The notes beneath the pieces are model-generated. The model searched no databases, had not been told where the DNA came from, and was given only the letters and a program-made list of their open reading frames with translations. Shown here one piece after another: positions 47,791 through 58,731 of a DNA stretch of 64,000 bases. Within the stretch, counting starts at the first letter, position 1. Each line of letters opens with the position of its first letter. This DNA is from Octopus sinensis. Lineage: Eukaryota. Location of the stretch: contig NC_043026.1 of NCBI RefSeq assembly GCF_006345805.1, positions 5,952,001-6,016,000 on the forward strand. The letters are read 5' to 3'. A program made the position numbers and the translations under genes.

Positions 47791-48023
47791 GAAAAAAGAA
47801 CTTACACAGACACACATCCACCCCTAACCTCCCACACATCCACCCCCATACCCCCACACATCCACCCTACCCACCCCCACATCAACAGACACACATAAAA
47901 GACCTGGAACCTTACGCACATACACATCTCACACAGACAAAAACACACACACAAAAAGCCTGAAGTCTTATGCACATACACACCAACACACATACACACA
48001 CGAGACTTGAGACCGTACCCCAC

Positions 48024-48281
48024 CTGTATATCAAGAGGGTCCAGAGGATGATGGTGAACAGGGACTTGTTCCTGGCCTTGCACACCCCAGCAACAAACGG
48101 CACAAGGTGAGTTGCTATGATGACAGGGTAGCCCTGCGTCACATACCAGTGCCACGGGTGGGTGCCATAGTGTGAACCAAGGTTGGATAACACGTTGAAC
48201 TTGAAGAAGTTGTACTGTACAAGGACGAATTTTCCATAGCCAAGGTAGTCAACCAGAGTGGACAGCGTAAGGCAGGACCCA
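48024..48281 (-). CDS. PIGB: PIG-B coding exon 5
   Basis: CCACAG| acceptor; ...VQYNFFKFNVLSNLGSHYGTHPWHWYVTQGYP... (PIGB HPWHWY motif); donor AG|GTGGGG; 258 nt. Confidence 0.94.
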
Positions 48282-48340
48282 CTGTGGAGTATAAAAAGAA
48301 AAGAAAAACGTAAACAGAATGAACAAAATACATAATTATG

Positions 48341-48545
48341 TATTGGGTTGTCCAGAAAGTTTGTGCTGATTTTTAAAGGAAAGAAATAAGGTCAATAAAT
48401 ACTTGCCATTACATTTTTAATCAAACAAATATGAACCATTTTGTTGCACAATGCATCTCCATCTTTCCTTTAACTTGAAAATACCCTCTTCCCAGAATTG
48501 AGGTGGTTTCAGGACAAAGAATTCGTCAAGGTATCTTTTTACGTC
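48341..48545 (-). mobile_element. Mariner 3' end remnant in PIGB intron
   Basis: KRYLDEFFVLKPPQFWEEGIFKLKERWRCIVQQNGSYLFD*; TIR-like TATTGGGTTGTCCAGAAAGTT. Confidence 0.7.
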
Positions 48546-49389
48546 ATCCAAGGAATTGAAACGACAAGCTGGCAGAATCGTTAGCACGTCGGGTGAAATA
48601 CCTAGTGGTATTTCATCTGCCGCTACGTTCTGAGTTCAAATTCCGCCGAGGTCGACTTTGCCTTTCATCCTTTCGGGGTCGCTTAAATAAGTACCAGTTA
48701 CGCACTGGGGTCGGTATAATCGACTTAATCCGTTTGTCTGTCCTTGTTTGTCCTCTCTGTGTTTAGCCCCTTGTGGGTAGTAAAGAAATAGGTATTTCAT
48801 CTGTCTTTACTTTCTGAGTTCAAATTCCGCCGAGGTGGACTTTGCCTTTCATTCTTTCGGGAGTCAATAAATTAAGTACCAGTTGCGTACTGGGGTCGAT
48901 CTAATCGACTGGCCTCCTCCCCAATAAAATTTCGGGCCTTGCGCTTCGAGTAGAAAAGGATGTTGTCGAATATGAGAATCTTAAGAAAAGCGACTGATAC
49001 AGTCTTTAACTAAAGGGAAGCAACTCAGCAAATCTAAATTTTTTAACTGTAAAAACGAATGTCTTTTTTGAGCTCTGAAACGATTCACAGCAAAATTAAA
49101 TTTCATGGTTATTCTAATGTAAAGACGCATCGCCCAGAGGTTAGGGTGTTGCACTCACAATCTAGAGATCATGGGTTCGATTTCCAGACCGAGCAGCGCA
49201 TTGTTTTGAGCAAAATGCTTCATTTCACATTGCCCCAGTCCACTCAGCCGTAAATGGTTAACCCTACGATGGACTAGCCCTTTAATGAAGGGAAACGTTG
49301 GCTTACTCGCCTTGCCAGTGGGGTGGCATTATTCGGAAGTTAAAAAGCGCATTGTGACCAGCGATGTATAACAATATCAAATATAGGCG

Positions 49390-49917
49390 CAGTTGCCAGC
49401 CTCGGCTGGCCCCCGTGCCGGTGACACGTAAAAGCACCATCCGCTCGTGCCGTTTGCCAGCTCTGTCTGGCAACCATGTCGGTGGCACGTAAAAGCACCA
49501 TCCGTTCGCGTACGTTGCCAGCCTCGGCTGGCCCCCGTGCCGGTGACACGTAAAAGCACCGTCCGTTCGTGGCCGGTTGCCAGCTCTGTCTGGCCCCGTG
49601 TCGGTGGCGTGGCACGTAAAAGCACCATCCGTTCGTGTCCGTTGCAGCATCGCCTGGCCCCGTGCCGGTGACATGTAAAAGCACCATCCGTTCGTGGCCG
49701 TTCGCCAGCTCTGTCTGGCACCTGTGCAGGTGGCACGTAAAAAACACCCACTACACTCGCGGAGTGGTTGGCGTTAGGAAGGGCATCCAGCCGTAGAAAC
49801 ACTGCCAGATCTGACTGGGCCTGACGAAGCCTTCCAGCTTCACAGACCCCAGTTGACCCGTCCAACCCATGCTAGCATGGAAAACGGACGCTAAACGATG
49901 ATGATGATGATGATGAT
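49390..49917 (+). mobile_element. SINE D with about 6 x 59-66-bp array
   Basis: Repeated AAAAGCACC anchors, then the core and RTE-type tail. Confidence 0.8.
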
Positions 49918-50311
49918 GAGTGGCTGTATGGTAAGTAGCTTGCTAACCAACCACATAGTTCCGGGTTCAGTCCCACTGCGTGGCATCTTGGGCAAGTGTC
50001 TTCTGCTATAGCCCCGGGCCGACCAAAGCCTTGTGAGTGGATTTGGTAGACGGAAACTGAAAGAAGCCTGTCGTATATATGTGTGTATGTGTGTGTGTAT
50101 GTTTGTGTGTCTGTGTTTGTCCCCCTAGCATTGCTTGACAACCGATGCTGGTGTGTTTACGTCCCCGTCACTTAGCGGTTTGGCAAAAGAGACCGATAGA
50201 ATAAGTACTGGGCTTACAAAGAATAAGTCCTGGGGTCGAGTTGCTCGACTAAAAGGCGGTGCTCCAGCATGGCCACAGTCAAATGACTGAAACAAGTAAA
50301 AGAGTAAAGAG
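49918..50311 (+). mobile_element. SINE A
   Basis: Near full-length match. Confidence 0.85.
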
Positions 50312-50424
50312 AATGTACAACTAGGGGTCGTACAGTGCCAGACAGAAACATCAGCAAGGGTGCTTTTTACATGGCACCAGTACCGGTGTGTTCATGAGCA
50401 AGAATTACTAAGGTGGATACTTAC

Positions 50425-50574
50425 ATGGCTAAAATATAGAGGACACACAGTCTGAGAGAGAAGGAGTTCCGAAGATGCCAGCCGCAGAGAAGAATCCACG
50501 TGATGATGGAGGTCGGTCGTACGATGACAGACAGTCCAGCGACCAAAAGGAACTTCAGGGTGGAATTGTGGTCC
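50425..50574 (-). CDS. PIGB: PIG-B coding exon 4
   Basis: TTCCAG| acceptor; DHNSTLKFLLVAGLSVIVRPTSIITWILL...; donor AT|GTAAGT; 150 nt. Confidence 0.92.
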
Positions 50575-50980
50575 CTGGAATAAAAAAAGATACGGAAGAA
50601 GAGATGAGAAATGAGAGACAAAAAGGAACAGAGGAATGGAAGTGTATATATGTATGTGCATGAATCTGTGTATGTGTGTGTGTGTGTGTGTGTATGTCAA
50701 TCCCTTTCTTTCGAAGAACATAGGCTCGAAATGTCAAAGACTTTTCCATTCTTCCCAATGGATCAAAACTGTTTGATTCAAATTCCTTGGTACTTTGAGT
50801 TTCAAAGCATGATGCTAATCCTCAGCTATTGGAAATTTGAATGAGAGACCAGTTGGAGAAAGTCAATTGTTATAACTAGAAGGTGGGCTGTGATTGGTCG
50901 AGAAAGGTCACATGGTGTCACAGTTTAATGCTGGTATTTCAGCAACAACAATTACTTGGAAAATACTACATGGTGAACAG

Positions 50981-51017
<37 letters not shown>

Positions 51018-51118
51018 CATACAATTGCTGTGTGGAAGGTATTTATAAGCCATTTAAATACACACAAAAACCATTAGATTCACTTTATCATTTAAACGAA
51101 AGAAAAAAAAAAACTTAC

Positions 51119-51348
51119 TTTGATTTCAATTTTGGCCAAGGGTAATAATAGAGAGCGATGACCGTGAGGGCAGTCTCTGCCCCGTTGGTCAAGGTGCGAG
51201 GATAGGTGTAAAGCAAAAACCAGGATAATATCTCACAGACCAAAGTCCATTGGGCTGTGGCTGTGCCGCTGAGGCGCGATGAGAGCTTGTAGAGATAGAA
51301 GTCACCAGTGGCAGCAAGGACTCCCTGCAGCATGCGAGGAGCTTTAAT
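51119..51348 (-). CDS. PIGB: PIG-B coding exon 3
   Basis: TTTCAG| acceptor; IKAPRMLQGVLAATGD...YPRTLTNGAETALTVIALYYYPW; donor AA|GTAAGT; 230 nt. Confidence 0.93.
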
Positions 51349-52019
51349 CTGAAAAGAGTATTCGTGTAGTCAGCATATGAGGTTTGGTTGAACAGTATTG
51401 GGGTGGTTGTTATGGTGATAAAGCTAAAGCAAGCAGAGTGAAGCCATGTGGAACAGAGAGACCTGGAACTCTGTCGTGCCTTATGCATTCACACTAAGTT
51501 ATTACATATTCGCTCACTTTTGTTGTTTATAGCAGTGCATGGAGAGCCTCCCCTCGCTATGCCACTAGTGTTATCCAAAGGAAAGGCAAAGGGGCCAACA
51601 CAGCTTGGCACCAGTGACGTCACAACTCATTTCTACAGCTGAGTGGACTGCAGCAATGTGAAATAAAGTATCTTGCTCAAGAACACAACACACATCCCGA
51701 TCCAGGAATCGATCTCACTGCCTCACACCTGAGCCCGACACTCTAACCACTGGGCTATGTGCCTTCATTGATACATATACTCTTTTACTCGTTTCAGTCA
51801 TTTGACTGCGGCCATGCTGGAGCACCGCCTATTTAGTCGAGCAAATCGACCCCGGGACTTATTCTTTTGTAAGCCCAGTACTTATTCTATCGGTCTCTTT
51901 TGCCGAACCGCTAAGTGACGGGGACGTAAACACACCAGCATCGGTTGTCAAGCAATGCTAGGGGGACAAACACAGACACACACATGCATATATATATATA
52001 TACATGATAATGTAAAACG

Positions 52020-52520
52020 GTAAAGAACCCTTTCAGTCATGAATGACCAGGGGATTGCATCTAGAAAGTGACCCATCGAGACACAAGTCCAGGCAAGGTT
52101 GTGTCTCAGGTGACCAGCAGTCGCTCATGCATACCAGCCTCCCCCTCTCCACACCCTTATATGTACATAGGGTAAGGTTAAAGACCTCCTTTCAGTTACG
52201 AATGACCATGAGATTGCACCTAGAATGTTCCCCTCTGAGGCACAAGTCTGGGCAAGGTTGTTTAAGGAAGGCCAGCAGTCACCCATGCATACCAGCTTCC
52301 CCCCTCTCCATGCCACCGATGTTATCCAAGGGAAAGGCAAAGGGGCCGATACAGCTTGGCACCTGTGACATCACAATTCATTTCTACAGCTGAGTGAACT
52401 GGAGCAGTGTGAAATAAAGTGTCTTGCTCAAGAACACCACACGCAGCCCGGTCCGGGAATTGAACTCACTACCTCATGGTTGAGAGCCCGATGCTCTAAC
52501 CACTGAGCCATGCACCTTCA
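52020..52520 (-). mobile_element. CORE-type tRNA SINE family E with tandemly repeated 140-160-bp 3' segment
   Basis: Head TGGCTCAGTGG..GAGTTCAATTCCC, CORE-like TTGAGCAAGACACTT..CAGCTGTAGAAATG; relatives at 46298-46790, 51535-51770, 54675-55372. Confidence 0.7.
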
Positions 52521-52614
52521 CAGTGTGTCAGAATAAAAGAGAAGATAACGGCCGAACACCTTCGACCATAGGTCAGCTTGGTCAGTTGTCTTGGGACCTA
52601 TACAACAACAACAA

Positions 52615-53180
52615 ATCATCATCATCATCCTCATCGTTTAACGTCCGCTTTCCATGCTAGCATGGGTTGGATGGTTCAACTGGGGTCTGGGAAGCCCGAA
52701 GGCTGCACCAGGCTCCAGTCAGATCTGGCAGTGTTTCTACAGCTGTATGCCCTTCCTAACGCCAACCACTCCGAGAGTGTAGTGGGTGATTTTATGTGCC
52801 ACCGACACAGGTGCCAGACGAGGCTGGCAGACGGCCACGCTCGGATGGTGTTTTCTTATGTGTCACCGACACAGGTGCCAGACGAGGCTGGCGAACGGCC
52901 ACGCTCGGATGGTGTTTTTATGTGCCACCGACACAGGTGCCAGACAAGGCTAGCAGACGACCACGCTCGGATGATGTTTTTTATGTGCCACCGACACAGG
53001 TGCCAGACGAGGTTGGCGAACGGCCACGCTTGAATTGTGTTTTTTTCTGTACCACCGACACAGGTGCCAGACGAGGCTGGCGAACGGGCACGATCGGATG
53101 GTGTTTGTTACGTGCCCACAGCACGGAGGCCAGTCGATGCGGTACTGGCTACGGCCACGTTCGGATGGTTTTCTTATGTG
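52615..53180 (-). mobile_element. SINE D with about 5-6 x 61-65-bp array
   Basis: Repeated CCGACACAGGTGCCAGAC anchors. Confidence 0.8.
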
Positions 53181-53279
53181 CCACAAATATACAAATTCCA
53201 TTGATGTTCATCCACTTTGATTTGGTTTGATTTTTTGATTTGAAATAAATAAATAAATAGTTGGAGGGTATATAATTAC

Positions 53280-53397
53280 CAATAGGATCCTGTAGTCCAA
53301 TCTGAGAATTTGCAAGACTTTGTAGAGAACCGTGAAGATGGAGGGATAAAGGTAGCCACGCAGGGCATTCCTCCATTCCCAAGTCTGATAGCCATAA
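53280..53397 (-). CDS. PIGB: PIG-B coding exon 2 (absent from ORF track as a single ORF)
   Basis: Polypyrimidine tract with CACAG| acceptor; encodes YGYQTWEWRNALRGYLYPSIFTVLYKVLQILRLDYRILL; donor TTG|GTAATT; 118 nt, phases 2/0 fit the neighbouring exons. Confidence 0.93.
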
Positions 53398-53570
53398 CTG
53401 TGAAGAGAAAGAGAGAACAACGCCGTCGGTTAAACACAGACACACAAACAGAGCGATGGATTGACATCATCATCTAACGTCCCTTTTCCATGGGTTGGAC
53501 GGTTCGACTGAGGGCTGGAGAGCCAGGGCAGGAAACCCAAATGAAACCAGATTTCTTTGACTTTACCCTT

Positions 53571-53776
53571 TTACTCTTTTACTTGTTTCAGTCATTTGAC
53601 TGCGGCCATGCTGGAGCACTGCCTTTTAGTCGAGCAAATCGACCCCGGGACTTATTCTTTTGTAAGCCCAGTACTTATTCTATCGGTCTCTTTTGCCGAA
53701 CCGCTAAGTGACGGGGACGTGAGCACACCAGCATCGGTTGTCAAGCAATGCTAGGGGGACAAACACAGACACACAA

Positions 53777-53828
<52 letters not shown>

Positions 53829-54019
53829 ATATATATATATATATATACATATATACAACAGGCTTCTTTCAGTTTCCGTCTACCAAATCCACTCACAAGG
53901 CTTTGGTCGGCCCGGGGGCTATAGTATAAGACACTTGCCCAAGATGCCACGCAGTAGGACTGAACCTGGAACCATGTGGTTGGTTAGCAAGCTACTTACC
54001 ACACACCCACTCCTGCGCC
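53571..54019 (-). mobile_element. SINE A
   Basis: Full-length reverse match. Confidence 0.85.
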
Positions 54020-54131
54020 TTTCTGTCAGAATACAAAAAAAAAAAAAACCACTTTGCAAGTGAGATGCATCAACCAAAAACAGAATGGAATGTAGAATTT
54101 GTAAGAAGAGGAAATCTTGAAGCACATTTAC

Positions 54132-54484
54132 CCAAATGCTGTTGAGTGGGCAATTTCCAGAGACTGCCAATACTCATCCGGCACATACTGAGTCTGAATG
54201 AGTAATGCGTTCACAACACGGAACGCCACCAAAGCCATAAAGATGTTCCGTTCGGCTGAAAAAAGTCGCTTCATCACCGGTAGACCACCAAGGATGTGTT
54301 CGCTAAACAAAAAGCAATCGTCATCGTTTTTGTCATCATTACTAACGATGCTGTCGCTGCTCTTCTGTCTGTTTTGGCTGAATGTGGCGCTGGTCCCTGT
54401 GGCCGAAGATTGGGATGAAGGCCTCTGTCGTGACATACAGCTCCCAGCAGCAGTCGTAGAAGAAGATACGTCCTCTGCCATCAT
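54132..54484 (-). CDS. PIGB: GPI mannosyltransferase 3 (PIG-B), coding exon 1
   Basis: Encodes ...FRVVNALLIQTQYVPDEYWQSLEIAHSTAFG (PIGB PDEYWQSLE motif). Donor GG|GTAAAT. An acceptor at 54502/54501 implies an upstream untranslated exon. Choice of ATG (54484 vs 54481) is uncertain. Confidence 0.93.
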
Positions 54485-55859
54485 TTCCTTGACTGGTTAT
54501 TCTTAAATGGTAAAGAAAGAAAAAAAAAACAATATAAAATTTAAACATAAACAGACATCTTGATAAACTAATCTAAAATTATTGGTACTGATGCCACACA
54601 AAAAAAAAAAAAGCTACAAAACATATCATTTCAGTATTTAGCCCTTTAGTGTCCAGATTATTTTGTTAAATGTAAAGAGTAAAGACCCTTTTGGTCAAGA
54701 ATTACCATGGTATTGCACCAAGAAATTTCCCTCTCTGTGGCACAAGTCTGGGCAAGGTTGTTTTATAGAAGACCAGCAGTCGCCCGTGCATACCACCCAC
54801 CCATCTCCACACCCTTATATGTACATAGGGTAAGGGGTAAAAACCCCTTTCAGTTACGAATGACCATGGGATTGCACCTAGAAAGTTGCTCTCTGAGGCA
54901 CAAGTCTGGGCAAGGTTGTTTATGGAAGACCAGCAGTCACCCATGCATACCAGCCTCTCCTCTCCACATGTACATAGGGGAGAGGATAAAGACCCCCTTT
55001 CAGTCATGAATGACCATGGGATTGCACCTAGAACGTTCCCCTCCGAGGCACAAGTCTGGGCAAGGTTGTTTACAGAAGACCAGCCTCTCCTCTCCACGCC
55101 GTTATATGTACATAGGGGAGAGGGTAAAGACCCCCTTTCGGTCATGCATACCAGCCTCTGCCTCTCTACACCACTGATGTTATCCAAGGGAAAGGCAAAG
55201 GGGCCGATACAGCTTGGCACCTGTGACATCGCAACTCATTTCTACAGCTGAGACAACTGGAGCAAAGTGAAGTAAAATGTCTTGCTCAAGAACACAACAC
55301 ACAGCCCTGCTAGGGAATTGAACTCACTACCTCGTGATTGTCAGCCTGACGCTCAAACCACTGAACCACACACCTGTACATGCACCTTTGATGAGTTGTA
55401 GTGCACCTGATCACTATGCTCAATAATTTCGTTATTATTATTATTATTACAGATTGACATATAGACAAACAGACAGACAGATAGGTAGATATGTGTGTGT
55501 CCTTCACTGTCGCTTGACGACCGGTGTTGGTTTGTTTATGTGCAAGTAACCTAACGGTTCGGGGAAAAGAACTGATAGAATAAGCACCAGACTTTAAAGG
55601 AATGGGCGCAGGGATCGATCCGTTCGGCTAATGGCCATCACGTCGGTGCCACAGACTGAAACATAAAACAGATCAAAGAATAATATTTGTATATATCAGA
55701 GAGAAAAGAAGGAGAAAATAGGGAAAGAGAGAGAGAGTGAGAAAGAGAGACAGAGAGATGAGAGAGAGAGCGAAAGACATGACCAGACCTGTTCCAAACA
55801 TCACATTGTAATTAGTAAAAACTAATTAAGTTAAGATTCATCAGGAAACGGGAAGAGTT

Positions 55860-56110
55860 GTCTTCTCTTCTTCTTCTTCGGGTTAACTTTTTTACTTGAA
55901 TTTGCAATTTATGAAAAATCAGGTTGAAGATTTGTTTATATTTCGTTTCAGTTTGTTCTTCTTTCGGGTGGCGAAAGGGACCCAGGAGGGGGCGTCGCCT
56001 GACAACCGCAGTTTACTTGTTATAGACTTCCTGGCAACCGGTGACGACCGGTGATAGGCAGAATGCATGTTCTCTAAGAAATAAATGTCCGGTTACGGTG
56101 GTGCGAGGAA
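55860..56110 (-). promoter_or_regulatory. Candidate PIGB promoter / untranslated first exon
   Basis: Unique CpG-enriched island 1.5 kb upstream of the 54501 acceptor; ETS-like ACTTCCTGG at 56026-56034; GT donor candidates on the minus strand. Inference only. Confidence 0.35.
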
Positions 56111-56118
56111 ATGTACAT

Positions 56119-56524
56119 ATTCTTTTACTCTTTTACTTGTTTCAGTCATTTGACTGCGGCCATGCTGGAGCACCGCCTTTAGTCGAGCAAATCGACCCCG
56201 GGACTTATTCTTTGTAAGCCCAGTACTTATTCTATCGGTCTCTTTTGCCGAACTGCTACGTTACGGGGACGTAAACACACCAGCATCGGTTGTCAAGCAA
56301 TGCTAGGGGGACAAACACAGACACACGAACACACACACGTACATATATATATATATATATATACATATATACGACGGGCTTCTTTCAGTTTCCGTCTACC
56401 AAACCCACTCACAAGGCTTTGGTTGGCCCGAGGCTATAGCAGAAGACACTTGCCCAAGATGCCACGCAGTGGGACTGAACCCGGAACCATGTGGTTGGTA
56501 AGCAAGCTACTTACCACACAGCCA
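56119..56524 (-). mobile_element. SINE A
   Basis: Near full-length reverse match. Confidence 0.85.
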
Positions 56525-56540
56525 TATATACATACATACA

Positions 56541-56573
<33 letters not shown>

Positions 56574-57238
56574 GTATGTTTGTATAGCTATGTATGTAGT
56601 GTGTGTGCCTTTTTGTCTGTGCTTGTCCCCAGCAACTGCTTGACAACCGATGCTGGTATGTTTACATCCCCTAAATTTAGCAGCTCGACCACAAAAGGAG
56701 ACCAATAAAATAAGCACCAAGTTTTAAATATACATGAATAAATAAATTAATTAATTAATTAATAAATAAATAAATACTGGGGTCGGTTTGGGGGGGGCTC
56801 GATTCACTCGAATGAAAAATAAAACCCACCCTTTAAAGCATTGCCCCAGCATGGCCACAGTTTAATGACTAAAACAAGTATAAAAGAATTAAAAAATATC
56901 CCAGTAAGTCTAGTACCCTAACCCCTAAGCCATGCAACCCCCTCTTCCACCCTCCAGAAGCCCTTTTTTTACTACGTTATCAAAGTCCCACCCCGGGGCT
57001 TACAAGGTGGAGGAGGAAAATGAGATGTTAATCTTTCTTAATCTTTTGCTTACCTTCCTTTGTGTTCGTCGTCTCGGCTTCTGGTTAATCCGAACCTGAC
57101 CACCTCATCGGTAATAGCCTTAACAACTCGTTCACACAGCCGTCAGTGTCGCTGTCAGCGTCAGCGTCAGCGTCAGCATCAGCATCAGTATCTCGTCTTT
57201 TGCTGTCATTGTCATCACACGGCGACTTGATTATTAGT

Positions 57239-57252
57239 GTCTCCATGGCGAC
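57239..57252. promoter_or_regulatory. RFX X-box-like palindrome GTCTCCATGGCGAC in a CpG-enriched unique segment
   Basis: One mismatch to the GTHNYYATRRNAAC consensus; lies between the divergent PIGB and TMEM267. Confidence 0.3.
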
Positions 57253-57289
57253 GGCGATCAACAACTGCCGTCGGCCTCGTCGCCCTGCC

Positions 57290-57585
57290 ACTACCATGCC
57301 ACCGCCATCACAACCACCATCATCATCATGATCATCACCACCACCAACAACAACAACAACACTACCACCTCCACTACTACTGCCACTACCACCATCACAG
57401 CCACCATCATCATCATGATTACCACCACCACTACCACAACCAACAACAACACTACCACCTCCACTACTACCATCACAGCCACCATCATCACCACCACCAC
57501 CACCATGATCACCACTACCACACGGACCACACCATCACCACCATCATCATCACCATCATCATCATCAACACCAGCACACCACCAT

Positions 57586-57617
<32 letters not shown>

Positions 57618-57618
57618 A

Positions 57619-57650
<32 letters not shown>

Positions 57651-57692
57651 ACATCATCATCATCATCATTATCATCATCGTCATCACCGTCG

Positions 57693-57733
<41 letters not shown>

Positions 57734-57800
57734 GTCATCATCATCATCACCACCACCACCACCACCACCATCACCAACAACAACACCAACCAGCATCACT
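57290..57800. repeat. (CAT)n/(CAC)n/(CAA)n trinucleotide microsatellite
   Basis: Seen directly. Confidence 0.9.
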
Positions 57801-57882
57801 ATAACCAGAAATTATTAGAAAATCCATTTCTATTCATTTTCCCAACAACATAATATTGTACCGAGGACTTTCTATTTCTTAT

Positions 57883-57930
<48 letters not shown>

Positions 57931-57931
<1 letters not shown>

Positions 57932-58147
57932 GGGGATGTGTTGAAAAGTTGTTGGCTTTGGGTAAAAGAAAATAGAGGAGAATCAGTTAATTATGATTTT
58001 ATCCAACATATTCCCCTCTCAGATTCACACACTGATTGCAGTGATCCTTCAGTTTTTCTAAAGCCTTCTAAAAGATCTCAGTAGGTTGCGCCTCCAGCCG
58101 GGCCCTTCGCAACACCCTTAAAGCTGAGAACCTCTCAGCAACCCCTT
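57931..58147 (-). mobile_element. Mariner-derived MITE
   Basis: Reverse complement matches 44860-44925 joined to 45325-45400. Confidence 0.6.
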
Positions 58148-58292
58148 GTGTATATAAATTTCTGTGTCTTTGTCTCTGTTTGTCCTCCACAACTGTTTGA
58201 TGACCAGTACTGGCATGTTTCCATTCGTGTAACCTAGCAGTCTGGCAAAAGGGATCGATAAAATAAGTAAAAAGTACCAGGCCAAGCTTTAA

Positions 58293-58731
58293 CCCTTTCG
58301 ATACCAACCCGGCTGAAACCACCTCTGGCTCTGTAGTACAAATGTCTTGTTTTCATAAGTTCTCAATTAAAATCTTCCACCAAACCTTAGTCACAATTTA
58401 TGTTCCTAACACTAGCTTAATGATAACAAAGTTAATTTATTAAACTCTTTGTTGTATTTAAAATCAATTGAAAGAAACACAGAGCATCTCAACAGAAATA
58501 TGGTACATAACTGGACTTTTCTCAGACTATTCTTTCTTCTGAAGATGGGCCTTTGCCCGAAATATAAAGATTTTATAAAACTCTCTTTTTATCTTCTTTA
58601 ATATTCCAATGCTTCAAGCAACCTACAACACACACATCCCAAAATTATTTTACTAAATTCTTTGTTTATATTTAAAATTAATTGAAAGAAACACAGAGCA
58701 TCTCAACAGAAATAGGGTAACGAAAGGGGGG
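58293..58731. mobile_element. piggyBac-like MITE containing an internal insertion
   Basis: TTAA|CCCTTTCGATACC ... GGTAACGAAAGGG(GGG)|TTAA. Confidence 0.7.
58535..58570 (+). ncRNA. Minimal hammerhead ribozyme motif (Penelope-type)
   Basis: Stem I TCTT/AAGA; CTGAAGA+T; stem II GGGC-CTTT-GCCC; GAAA; palindromic ATAT helix III; AUA site. Confidence 0.6.

Noticed and set aside
49823-49850. CTGACGAAG within SINE D
   Set aside because: No downstream GAAA core and not conserved in other SINE D copies.
50707-50740. Hammerhead-like fold TCTTT-CGAA-GAAC..GCTC-GAAA-TGTC-AAAGA
   Set aside because: Stem I and a GUC site are present, but the CUGANGA strand is missing and stem II is mismatched. At most a decayed or variant PLE end; worth including in a family-level scan.
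57237-57818. Poly-His/Ser/Pro/Thr ORFs in several frames
   Set aside because: These are (CAT)n/(CAC)n microsatellite, open on both strands, with no splice context or domain.
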